64,000 nt of DNA from Anaerolineales bacterium (GTDB taxonomy: Bacteria; Chloroflexota; Anaerolineae; Anaerolineales; UBA11858). Positions 45,114 through 54,334 of this stretch are shown in pieces. The translations under genes were made by a program, and so were the position numbers. The number at the start of each line of letters is the position of its first letter. Position 1 is the first letter of the stretch. A model generated the notes under the pieces. That model worked only from the letters and a program-made list of their open reading frames with translations, ran no database searches and had not been told where the DNA came from. The DNA is taken from the NCBI GenBank assembly GCA_049644605.1, contig JBARSF010000058.1, positions 217,883 through 281,882 on the forward strand, written 5' to 3'.

Positions 45114-47237
45114 ATGCAGCGCAGTCGATACCTGCTTCGTAAATTCGTTCTATCAACGCTAACATTGATAGTGGTTATCGTCTTTAATTTTTTCCTCTTC
45201 CGAATTTTGCCCGGCGATCCTGCCAGAGCACTGGTAGGTGTTGGCAGAATGAAACCCGCTACGGTTGAAAATATCAGGCAGCAATTTGGTCTGGATAAAC
45301 CTATCTGGTTGAACGTAGAAAAAATTAAGGAGGGGGATTTTAGAGGAAGTGTTGATAGCCAATTCACTGCTTATGTTCGCAATTTGGCCAAGGGTAATCT
45401 CGGGGTCTCATTTGCAAACCGGTTGGAAGTGAAAGAAATCCTAATTGACCGGGTTTGGAAAACGGTTTTATTGTTATTTACCGGCGAGATAGTTGCCATA
45501 CTGCTGGGTTCATTACTTGGGATTATCGCCTCCTGGAGGCGGGGTTCCAAACTTGACCTGGGAATATTAATCTGGGGGTTGTTTACCTGGTCCATACCCA
45601 CATTTTTCTTTGGAATTATTTTAGTTATTCTTGCCCGGGGGCACCTGCCTACCGGAATGATGGTTACGGTGGGATTAAAACCCGAAGACGGTTGGGTGTA
45701 TTGGAAAGACGTGGCAAAACACCTGGTTTTACCCACCATCACCCTCGGCATAGGTTTTACCAGCGCCTATATGATGGTGATGCGCAGCAGCATCGTTGAG
45801 GTTCTCAGTGAAGACTATATCCTGACAGCAAAAGCAAAAGGACTCAATAATTTCCAGATATTGCGTGACCATGCACTAAAGAACGCAATGCTGCCCATGG
45901 TTACTTTGCTTGCTCTAAGTCTCGGCTACACTGTTGGCGGGGCTATCCAGGTTGAGACCGTCTTTTCCTGGCCTGGGATAGGCAGGTTGATTTTTGATTC
46001 AGTAGTTAAACAAGACTACCCGGTACTTCAGGGAGCTTTTTTACTTCTGGCTGTCAGTGTAATTGGGGCGAATTTTTTAGCCGATTTAATTTACACTCTG
46101 CTTGATCCCCGAGTCCAGTTGGAAACCCCTCCCCAAGTCCAGCAAACCAACAGGCTTTCCTCGCGGGTTATTAATTCTATCCGGGGATTGCCAAAGGCAA
46201 TCAGGAATTTCCAATCTGCATTTATCACCTGGATACTCAAAACTTACAGGGTCTTTCTGGTCCAAATGAGGCGTCTCCCGACGGCAGTTTTAAAAGGGGC
46301 AAAAACATTTTGGTTAACGTTAAAGCGCAAACCAATGGCATTATTTGGTACGGTTATGCTGCTGGTAATAGTTATTATGGCTGTATTTGCTCCACTTGTT
46401 GTCCCTTATACCGTGGAGGAGATGGCCACTCTGAAGGTGACAGCGGAAGATATTCTGGCCCCTCCCGATACCGAGCATATCCTTGGCCGAGATGATGCTG
46501 GGAAGGATGTCCTATCCCAACTCATTTATGGCGCTCGAATTTCACTCATTGTTGGATTCTCGGCATCTTTCATGTCCCTGATTATAGGCACGATTGTAGG
46601 TATGGTGTCGGGTTTCTTCGGAGGGAAGATAGATAATTTCCTGATGCGGCTGGTGGATATCTTAATGGTGATCCCAACTTTGCCGCTGATGTTGGTGATC
46701 ATTACTTTCTGGGGGCGTGGTTTGGACAAAATAATCCTTGTTATCGGCTTGTTATATTGGACTTATATGGCAAGGTTGGTGCGCTCCCAGGTAATTTCTA
46801 TTAAACAACGGCATTATATTCTCCGGGCAAAAGCGCTTGGCGCAAGCGATTTCCGCATCATTGTTCGCCATATTTTCCCCCAGGTCGTACCTTTAATTAT
46901 CGCGCAGGGAGTGTTGGATACGTCGACGGCAATTATTGCTGAGTCATCCCTCGCTTTCCTCGGGTTGGGAGATCCAACAAAGGTAAGCTGGGGAATGATG
47001 TTAAATTTTGCTTTTGCCAGGGCTATCAGCCAGGAAGCCTGGTGGTTTTTGCTGCCCCCGGGATTTTCGATTGTCTGGGTTAGTTTGTCCCTGGTTTTGA
47101 TTGGAACGGCCCTGGAAGAAGTATTTAACCCCAGACTTAAGACACACCACCTTTTTGATGCCAGGAAAATGTTGTCCATGTTTAAAATCGCCCAGCCGCT
47201 ACCCCAGGAAACACCTCCCGCGGAGCAGAACCAATGA
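45114..47237 (+). CDS. Fused ABC permease (DppB/OppB-like N-half + DppC/OppC-like C-half)
   Basis: 707 aa. N-terminus LRKFVLSTLTLIVVIVFNFFLFRILPGDP. Second half ILGRDDAGKDVLSQLIYGARISL... Two EAA-type permease cores. Confidence 0.85.
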   Translation: MQRSRYLLRKFVLSTLTLIVVIVFNFFLFRILPGDPARALVGVGRMKPATVENIRQQFGLDKPIWLNVEKIKEGDFRGSVDSQFTAYVRNLAKGNLGVSFANRLEVKEILIDRVWKTVLLLFTGEIVAILLGSLLGIIASWRRGSKLDLGILIWGLFTWSIPTFFFGIILVILARGHLPTGMMVTVGLKPEDGWVYWKDVAKHLVLPTITLGIGFTSAYMMVMRSSIVEVLSEDYILTAKAKGLNNFQILRDHALKNAMLPMVTLLALSLGYTVGGAIQVETVFSWPGIGRLIFDSVVKQDYPVLQGAFLLLAVSVIGANFLADLIYTLLDPRVQLETPPQVQQTNRLSSRVINSIRGLPKAIRNFQSAFITWILKTYRVFLVQMRRLPTAVLKGAKTFWLTLKRKPMALFGTVMLLVIVIMAVFAPLVVPYTVEEMATLKVTAEDILAPPDTEHILGRDDAGKDVLSQLIYGARISLIVGFSASFMSLIIGTIVGMVSGFFGGKIDNFLMRLVDILMVIPTLPLMLVIITFWGRGLDKIILVIGLLYWTYMARLVRSQVISIKQRHYILRAKALGASDFRIIVRHIFPQVVPLIIAQGVLDTSTAIIAESSLAFLGLGDPTKVSWGMMLNFAFARAISQEAWWFLLPPGFSIVWVSLSLVLIGTALEEVFNPRLKTHHLFDARKMLSMFKIAQPLPQETPPAEQNQ

Positions 47238-48208
47238 CAATCTTAGAAGTAAATAATCTCTCCGTTTCATATATGTGCGAGGTGGCAGAAAGTGAGATCG
47301 CCTTGAATGCCGTAGATGATATCAGTTTTAAGATAGAGCCAGGGCATTCACTGGGGCTGGTTGGGGAAAGCGGATGCGGAAAAACCACGGTAATGTTAGC
47401 CCTGATGCGTTTGCTCCCCGAAGCAGGCCGGATTGTTGCTGGGCAGGTGATTTTTAATAACCAGGACCTGATCCGGCTCAGTGAATCTGAAATGTGTGAC
47501 GTGCGTTGGGCGGAGATCGCGATGGTGTTTCAAAGCGCAATGAACTCTCTCAATCCGGTGAGAACGGTTGAAAGCCAGATTGTTGAAGCCTTGCTTAACC
47601 ACCGCCAGGTCGACAATAAAACCCAGGCTCGGAAACGGACTGCGGAATTGCTCAGCCTGGTAGGGATTGCCCCTGAGAGAGGCAAACAATATCCCCATCA
47701 ATACAGCGGCGGAATGCGGCAAAGGGCGATCATTGCGATGGCTTTATCCTGCAATCCAAAAGTTTTAATTGCAGACGAGCCTACTACTGCCCTTGACGTG
47801 ATGATCCAGGCTCAAATCACCGAATTACTTAAAAATCTTCAAAGGGAATTAGGTTTAACCCTAATCTTGGTTACCCACGACCTGGGTGTGGTTGCTGAAA
47901 TTTGTGATGATGTTTTTGTAATGTATGGTGGGAAAATGGCTGAATATGGAACCAGTGATGCCATATATAACATTGCCAAACATCCCTATACCAGAAGATT
48001 GTTAAAAGCTTTTCCGGATATTGATAATTTAGATGCGGACCTGGTATCTATTCCGGGGGTGCCCCCGCGTCTGGATGATTTACCAGAAGGGTGCCGGTTT
48101 AGTCCTCGCTGCCACCTTTGCAAGGAGTATTGCAAATACGATCAACCGCTGTTGACTAACTTGGGGAAGGATCATTTTGTCGCTTGCCATATGTATAGCC
48201 GGAAATAA
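47234..48208 (+). CDS. ABC transporter ATP-binding protein (DppD/OppD-like)
   Basis: GESGCGKT, YSGGMRQR, LLIADEPTTALD, and a C-terminal Cys-rich oligopeptide-type tail. Confidence 0.9.
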   Translation: MTILEVNNLSVSYMCEVAESEIALNAVDDISFKIEPGHSLGLVGESGCGKTTVMLALMRLLPEAGRIVAGQVIFNNQDLIRLSESEMCDVRWAEIAMVFQSAMNSLNPVRTVESQIVEALLNHRQVDNKTQARKRTAELLSLVGIAPERGKQYPHQYSGGMRQRAIIAMALSCNPKVLIADEPTTALDVMIQAQITELLKNLQRELGLTLILVTHDLGVVAEICDDVFVMYGGKMAEYGTSDAIYNIAKHPYTRRLLKAFPDIDNLDADLVSIPGVPPRLDDLPEGCRFSPRCHLCKEYCKYDQPLLTNLGKDHFVACHMYSRK

Positions 48209-48219
48209 GGTGGAACTTT

Positions 48220-49269
48220 ATGGGTGATCAACAACTTCTTAAGGTAGACAACTTATATAAATATTTTCCCCTCTCCAGCTCTTTCTTTAAGACCCTGGCC
48301 GGCTTGGAAGAGCGAGTGGTTCATGCAGTTGATGGCGTTAGCTTTTCCCTTCAGAAAAGGGAGATCTTAGCCCTGGTTGGTGAGTCAGGATCGGGGAAAA
48401 CAACAGTTGGAATGAATGTATTGGGATTACAAAACCCAACCGGCGGTAAGGTTATCTTTGACGGAATGGACGTCGCTTACTGGAGTCAGGGAAAAATTGG
48501 CGATCTGGAAAATACCAAGAAGACTGAATGGTCGAAATTAAGCAGCCGCAAGCAAATCCTGCTTTTGAGAAAAAGAGCCCAGATGATATTCCAGGATCCT
48601 TATGAGTCCCTCAATCCGAGACAAAAGATATTTGACATTGTGGCCGAACCCCTTGATATCCATGAAATTTCCCTATCTGAGGTTGAGAGAGAAAATAAAG
48701 TCCGGGAGGCGTTAGAAACCTGTGGATTGGCGCCAGCAGACCATTTTTGGGATAGGTATCCGGATGGCCTGTCGGGCGGACAGCGCCAGCGGGTAGTGAT
48801 TGCTGGTGCATTGGTGCTTGAACCCGAGTTGTTGATTGCCGATGAACCTGTTTCCATGCTGGATGTATCCATCAGGGCTGAACTCCTAAATTTATTATTG
48901 GAGATTCGTAATAAAACCAATATTTCTATTATTTACACGACACATGACCTGGCCACAGCAGGGTATTTTACTGATCGAATGGCCGTGATGTATTTAGGTC
49001 GGATTGTCGAAATTGGACCTACGAGGGATGTATTATCAAATCCTAAACATCCCTATACCAAGGCACTGGTGTCTGTTCTGCCAGCACCAAATCCCCGCCG
49101 ATCGCGAGAGCGGGTGATCTTAAAAGGTGAAGTACCTAATCCAATTGATCTTCCCAGCGGGTGCCGTTTTCATCCCAGATGTCCGGAAGCCACGGATGAT
49201 TGCCGGAAAACGGATCCTGATTTTGTGGATGTGAGTTTTGAACATAAAGCTGCTTGTTTGTATGCATGA
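48220..49269 (+). CDS. ABC transporter ATP-binding protein (DppF/OppF-like)
   Basis: GESGSGKT, LSGGQRQR and LLIADEPVSMLD. Confidence 0.9.
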   Translation: MGDQQLLKVDNLYKYFPLSSSFFKTLAGLEERVVHAVDGVSFSLQKREILALVGESGSGKTTVGMNVLGLQNPTGGKVIFDGMDVAYWSQGKIGDLENTKKTEWSKLSSRKQILLLRKRAQMIFQDPYESLNPRQKIFDIVAEPLDIHEISLSEVERENKVREALETCGLAPADHFWDRYPDGLSGGQRQRVVIAGALVLEPELLIADEPVSMLDVSIRAELLNLLLEIRNKTNISIIYTTHDLATAGYFTDRMAVMYLGRIVEIGPTRDVLSNPKHPYTKALVSVLPAPNPRRSRERVILKGEVPNPIDLPSGCRFHPRCPEATDDCRKTDPDFVDVSFEHKAACLYA

Positions 49270-49394
49270 CAAAGGTAAATGGAAAAAAATGTCGCAGGAT
49301 TTTGCACTACCCCAAACCATCTGGGAGAATACTAATAGTCTCAACTATTTGCTGATTAATTTATCCCTTTTAAAAAGCTAATAAGGAAAATCCA

Positions 49395-50858
49395 ATGACT
49401 CTACAAACTCGGAAAGACTACTTAAAATCTTTACAAAAATTGCGCCCCAATATTTATAAATTTGGTGAATTAATAAAGGATGTTACAAAACACCCGGCAA
49501 CTAAAAGAACGGTAGAAAGTCACGCCCGGAATTTTGATGCCTCACACGATCGAGAGTTGACGGATATGTATACAACCACCTCAATATTTACTGGCGAGAA
49601 AATTCACCGATGGAATTCGATGATGCAAAGCGCAGATGCGCTGATTGCCAATATGGTTATGAAGAGACAGAACTACCGCCGGACAGGCACTTGTACTGGC
49701 GGGGCCTGTGTTGGGTGGAACGCCCAGAATGTGCTCTGGGCAGTGACACAGGAGATGGACCAGGAATTTGGCACGAATTACCAGGAGAGGCTCAAAGCCT
49801 GGATTTTGGATTCCCAAAACAATGGATTAATTGTTGCCGGAGCGCTAACGGACGCCAAGGGTAATCGAAGCTTAAAGCCTTCTGAACAGGAAGATCCCGA
49901 TTTAAATTTGCGGATCCAAGAGATTCGAGAAGATGGGGTTATCATCCAGGGCGCCAAATTGATGATTTGCGGCGTGGCTGCATCCCAAGAAATTTTCTTG
50001 TTACCGGGAGGCATCTATAAAGAGACAGATAAAGATTATGCCCTTGCCTGTGTGGTTCCGCGTGATATTGAAGGATTAAGGATCATTGAGGCGACTCGAC
50101 CAAGTGATCGAAGAGACCTTGAGGACACAGCTGAAGGCGAAGTGCCGGATACGGGAATTACCCAGGGATTGTTGTTATTTGAGGATGTTTTTGTCCCCAA
50201 TGAACGTGTCTTCATGTGCGGTGAATTTAAGTACACTTCAAAAATAATCCAGTTCTTTACTGCTAATTACAGGGCTTGTATCGGGGCTTGTGTATCCGGT
50301 CAGGGCGATGTGATGATTGGCGCATCTGTGTTAATGGCTCGGGCAAACGGGTTATCGATGAAAACCTTCACAAATAAACTTGTGGATATGTCCATTAATA
50401 ATCAGATCACCTATGGATTAGGCGTTGGAGCCTGTGCAATGGGATTCCAGCATCCATCCGGTTCGTTTGTTGCGGACCCAATTACTGCTCACACAAACAA
50501 GGTAATGGTTGCTACCCTCCCGTATGAGACCAAGCGCCTCACCCAGGAAATCGGCGGCGGGATTGCAGAAACGGGTTGTATGCCTTCCTATCAGGACTTT
50601 ACCAATCCTGAATACGGTAAGGAATTGCAGAAATACTATAAAGCCGGTCCAGCAAGCGCTGAAGCTCGCTATAGATCTGCGCGGTTGGCAGAATGGTTAA
50701 CAATTGGGGGCGGTGTTCCAGGCTGCATGCATGGCGGTGGGTCTCCGGATGGCGCAAAGCTGGTTGTTCGGTTTGCTACACCATTTGAGGAGTATGTTGA
50801 TTATGCCAGGGAAATGATGGGAATAAACGAGGACGTCCCCGAGCCCCCGAAAAAATAA
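49395..50858 (+). CDS. 4-hydroxybutyryl-CoA dehydratase / 4-hydroxyphenylacetate-3-hydroxylase-family protein (AbfD-like)
   Basis: 487 aa. GALTDAKGNRSLKPSEQEDPDLNLRIQEIREDGVIIQGAK closely recalls AbfD. Cys100/Cys105/Cys295/Cys299 are present. Confidence 0.8.
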   Translation: MTLQTRKDYLKSLQKLRPNIYKFGELIKDVTKHPATKRTVESHARNFDASHDRELTDMYTTTSIFTGEKIHRWNSMMQSADALIANMVMKRQNYRRTGTCTGGACVGWNAQNVLWAVTQEMDQEFGTNYQERLKAWILDSQNNGLIVAGALTDAKGNRSLKPSEQEDPDLNLRIQEIREDGVIIQGAKLMICGVAASQEIFLLPGGIYKETDKDYALACVVPRDIEGLRIIEATRPSDRRDLEDTAEGEVPDTGITQGLLLFEDVFVPNERVFMCGEFKYTSKIIQFFTANYRACIGACVSGQGDVMIGASVLMARANGLSMKTFTNKLVDMSINNQITYGLGVGACAMGFQHPSGSFVADPITAHTNKVMVATLPYETKRLTQEIGGGIAETGCMPSYQDFTNPEYGKELQKYYKAGPASAEARYRSARLAEWLTIGGGVPGCMHGGGSPDGAKLVVRFATPFEEYVDYAREMMGINEDVPEPPKK

Positions 50859-50894
50859 GATATAGAGAATGAGATAAAAGGAGAAAAGATTTCT

Positions 50895-51653
50895 ATGAGG
50901 TTAAAAGGAAAAACTGCATTAATTACTGGCGGCACTCTCGGGATTGGAAAGGCAACAGCTAAATTATTTGTTGAGCAGGGCGCAGATGTGTTTATCTGCG
51001 GTCGAAATGAAGAGGTTGGGGCGAAAGCAGCCGAAGAGCTTGGCTGCACTTACGACCGGGTTGATGTTTCTGATCGCCAAGGAGTTCAGGACTGGGTTGA
51101 GGGAATTGCCGGGAAGACCGGCAGAATCGATGTCCTGGTCAATAATGCCGGTATCACCCGGGACGGGCTCCTGGTAAAAGTAAAGGATGGAGAGTTGGTC
51201 AAACAACTTCCGGGAGAGGATTTTGACCTTGTCGTGTCTGTGAATTTAAAAGGCACCTTCAATTGCACGCAGGCTGTTGCTCCATATATGATCAACCAAG
51301 GGAGTGGATCAATAATCAATGCCTCATCTGTGGTGGGGCTGGATGGCAATTTTGGGCAAACAGTATATGTGGCAACAAAAGCCGGCATTGTGGGTATGAC
51401 TAAAGTCTGGGCTCGGGAGTTCGGTCGTTTTAATGTCAGGGTGAACGCGATTGCGCCAGGCTCTATTCAGACGGATATTCTGGAATCCATGCCTGAAAAA
51501 TACCTGACGGAACTAAAAAAGCATCAACCTTTGGGGCGTTTTGGGACACCAGAAGAAGTCGCTTCAGCGACACTATTCCTGGCGTCTGATGAAGCCAGTT
51601 TTGTATCAGGAGCGACTCTTCGCGTTGATGGAGCATTGGTTCTTGGCACCTAG
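50895..51653 (+). CDS. SDR-family oxidoreductase (FabG / 3-hydroxyacyl-CoA-dehydrogenase-like)
   Basis: TGGTLGIGKA, NNAG and YVATKAG. Confidence 0.9.
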   Translation: MRLKGKTALITGGTLGIGKATAKLFVEQGADVFICGRNEEVGAKAAEELGCTYDRVDVSDRQGVQDWVEGIAGKTGRIDVLVNNAGITRDGLLVKVKDGELVKQLPGEDFDLVVSVNLKGTFNCTQAVAPYMINQGSGSIINASSVVGLDGNFGQTVYVATKAGIVGMTKVWAREFGRFNVRVNAIAPGSIQTDILESMPEKYLTELKKHQPLGRFGTPEEVASATLFLASDEASFVSGATLRVDGALVLGT

Positions 51654-51776
51654 GCCGCAGCAGCTGAGACAGCTGGTGATGGTGTTCGTTAATACAAAAA
51701 ATGAGGATAGATTGAGAAAACCATCACCCTTGGCTATAAGCCCTGTTCGGTTCCTTGCAGTGAAAGGAGAGTTCAG

Positions 51777-52985
51777 ATGGAACTAAAAAAACCTGAGGAA
51801 TTGGGTTTTTCATCGAATCGATTAGAACGGATTAATAACCTCATGAACCGCTACATAGAGAGCGGAAAACTGGCTGGGGTGGTAACCTGCCTGGCACGGC
51901 GCGGAAAAATTTTCCACTGGGAGACCAATGGATATCAAAATCTTGAAACCAAAACTCCCATGGCGCCAGATTCAATTTTTCGTATTTATTCAATGACCAA
52001 GCCGATTACCTGTGTGGCGTTGATGATGCTGTATGAAGAATCCCTGTTTAACCTGACAGATCCTGTCAGCCAATACATACCGGCCTTTGAAGAGGTTAAA
52101 GTTTGGGGGGCAGATGGAAAATTGGACTCTCCAATTCGCCCTATGACAGTGCAGGATTTGTTGCGCCATACTGCTGGGCTGAGCTACGGAAGTTTTGGGC
52201 AATCGGATTCCCCGGTGGATAAGTTATATGATGAAGCGGATATTTTTAATCAAAGTATAACCATCGCAGAGTTTACCAACCGGGTTGCCAAATTGCCGCT
52301 TATGTTCCACCCGGGAGAAATGTGGCATTATAGTGTCGCCACTGATATTGTTGGCTATTTGGTTGAAGTCCTGTCCGGGAAGTCTTTAGGGGACTTCATG
52401 CAGGAAAAAATCTTTGATCCGCTGCAGATGGTGGATACTGCCTTTCATATTGACCCATCCAAATTGAGCCGTTTTTGCACCCTTTACGGAATAACGCCAG
52501 ACAGCAATTTTGGCGTTCTCGATACACCAGATTCAAGTGAATATTTACCCCCCGTGGCCTTGCATGATGGCGGGAGTGGACTGGTTTCCACAACCGCCGA
52601 CTACCTGCTATTTGCCCAATGTTTATTAAACAAAGGTGAATTAAATGGCGCAAGGCTGCTTGGTCCAAAAACCGTTGAGTTAATGACATTTAATCATTTG
52701 GCGCCCGCTTTACTGCCCATTGCATTTGAAGGGGCTGAACCAATGCTGGGGATGGGGTATGGCCTGGGGGTTGGCGTGATGCTGGATACAGCCCAGACGG
52801 GATTAATGGGATCAGTCGGTGATTATTCCTGGGGCGGATATGCTGAGACCTATTTTTGGAACGATCCACTGGAAGACCTGACCGCTATCATGATGACCCA
52901 ATATCTTCCATCGCATACCTACCCGATCCGATTAGAATTCAGAACAGCTGTTTACCAGGCCCTGGAACAAAGTAATGTTCTATAA
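51777..52985 (+). CDS. Serine hydrolase, beta-lactamase family (cytoplasmic)
   Basis: SMTK (SxxK), WHYS and GGYAETYFW. No signal peptide. Confidence 0.85.
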   Translation: MELKKPEELGFSSNRLERINNLMNRYIESGKLAGVVTCLARRGKIFHWETNGYQNLETKTPMAPDSIFRIYSMTKPITCVALMMLYEESLFNLTDPVSQYIPAFEEVKVWGADGKLDSPIRPMTVQDLLRHTAGLSYGSFGQSDSPVDKLYDEADIFNQSITIAEFTNRVAKLPLMFHPGEMWHYSVATDIVGYLVEVLSGKSLGDFMQEKIFDPLQMVDTAFHIDPSKLSRFCTLYGITPDSNFGVLDTPDSSEYLPPVALHDGGSGLVSTTADYLLFAQCLLNKGELNGARLLGPKTVELMTFNHLAPALLPIAFEGAEPMLGMGYGLGVGVMLDTAQTGLMGSVGDYSWGGYAETYFWNDPLEDLTAIMMTQYLPSHTYPIRLEFRTAVYQALEQSNVL

Positions 52986-53058
52986 AAATAGCAACTCAAA
53001 AATATTTAGAGGAGATTTGATTCGTTCAATTTAATAAAAACTAGAGGAGAAAGTAGTT

Positions 53059-54252
53059 ATGAAAGATGTTGTCATTGTGGATGCACTTCGTACTCCTGTA
53101 GGCAATCATGGTGGAATGCTGAAAAATTTTACAGCTTTAGATTTGACAGTGGCTATTATTAAAGGGTTGATTGACAGAACTAAAATTGATGCCTCCAGCA
53201 TCGCCGAGGTTATTTTCGGGAATGTTTTTCAGTCCAGCGACGCGCCGAATGTTGCCAGGGTCGCTGCCTTGAAGGCAGGAATTCCCAAAGAAGTGCCTGC
53301 TTATACCGTGGCCCGAAATTGCGATTCGGGCATGGATGCGATTATCTATGCCTGGCGAAGCATTCAGGTTGGGGATGGGGATATTTATCTGGTAGGCGGT
53401 GTGGAATCCATGAGCACCATTCCTTACCTGGTGCGAGGAGCGCGGTGGGGGTTAAAACTTCGCCACTCCGAGTTAACAGACGCCTTGTGGGAAGGACTAA
53501 CGGATCCAAATTGTGGACAAATCATGGGACGGACCGCAGAAAATCTTGTTGAAGAATACAACTTGACTCGTGAGCAGCAAGATGAATTTGCCGTGGGGAG
53601 CCACCAAAAAGCCCACCAGGCGCAGCAAGATGGAAAATTTGACGATGAAATTATGGGAATTGAAATCGTTCGCAGGAAAGATAAGACAATCCTTACCCAG
53701 GACGAAACCATCAATCCAGATCTTACTATAGAGAAAGCAGCCAAAGCTCCGGCGGTTTTTAAAGAGAATGGCACAGTTACTCCTGCGAACGCTTGCAGTA
53801 TCTCGGATGGTGCCTGCGCGGTGTTAATTATGACGGCCGATAAGGCATCAGAACTGGGGTATTCCCCTCTGGCAAAAATCGTTTCCTACGGGTATGCTGG
53901 TGTTGAGCCCGAACGCATGGGAATCGCTCCTGCTTATGCTATTCCAAAAGCACTCGAAAAGGCAGGATTAAAGCTTGAACAGATGGATTTGATTGAGATT
54001 AATGAGGCTTTCGCAGGGCAGGTACTTGCTGTAGGAGCGGAACTTGGAATTGATTGGGATAAGGTTAATGTTAATGGTGGAGCAATTGCCCTCGGGCATC
54101 CAGTGGGATCTTCTGGATGTCGGATTATGGTGACATTATTACATGAAATGAAACGTCGAAAAAAGGAGGGTATCCCAATCCAATATGGTTTGGCAAGTTT
54201 GTGTGCGGAAGGCGGGCAGGGGTCCACGCTGATAGTTGAAATAGCAGAGTAG
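53059..54252 (+). CDS. Acetyl-CoA C-acyltransferase (thiolase)
   Basis: Active-site Cys in ARNCDSGMDA, NVNGGAIALGHPVGSSG and LCAEGGQG. Confidence 0.9.
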   Translation: MKDVVIVDALRTPVGNHGGMLKNFTALDLTVAIIKGLIDRTKIDASSIAEVIFGNVFQSSDAPNVARVAALKAGIPKEVPAYTVARNCDSGMDAIIYAWRSIQVGDGDIYLVGGVESMSTIPYLVRGARWGLKLRHSELTDALWEGLTDPNCGQIMGRTAENLVEEYNLTREQQDEFAVGSHQKAHQAQQDGKFDDEIMGIEIVRRKDKTILTQDETINPDLTIEKAAKAPAVFKENGTVTPANACSISDGACAVLIMTADKASELGYSPLAKIVSYGYAGVEPERMGIAPAYAIPKALEKAGLKLEQMDLIEINEAFAGQVLAVGAELGIDWDKVNVNGGAIALGHPVGSSGCRIMVTLLHEMKRRKKEGIPIQYGLASLCAEGGQGSTLIVEIAE

Positions 54253-54334
54253 GAAATATACCACTCTGAATTTAATTGAATTTAGATCGTGTTAAGAGAT
54301 AGCCCCCAGGATTTTTTCAGACAGGAGGAACAAA

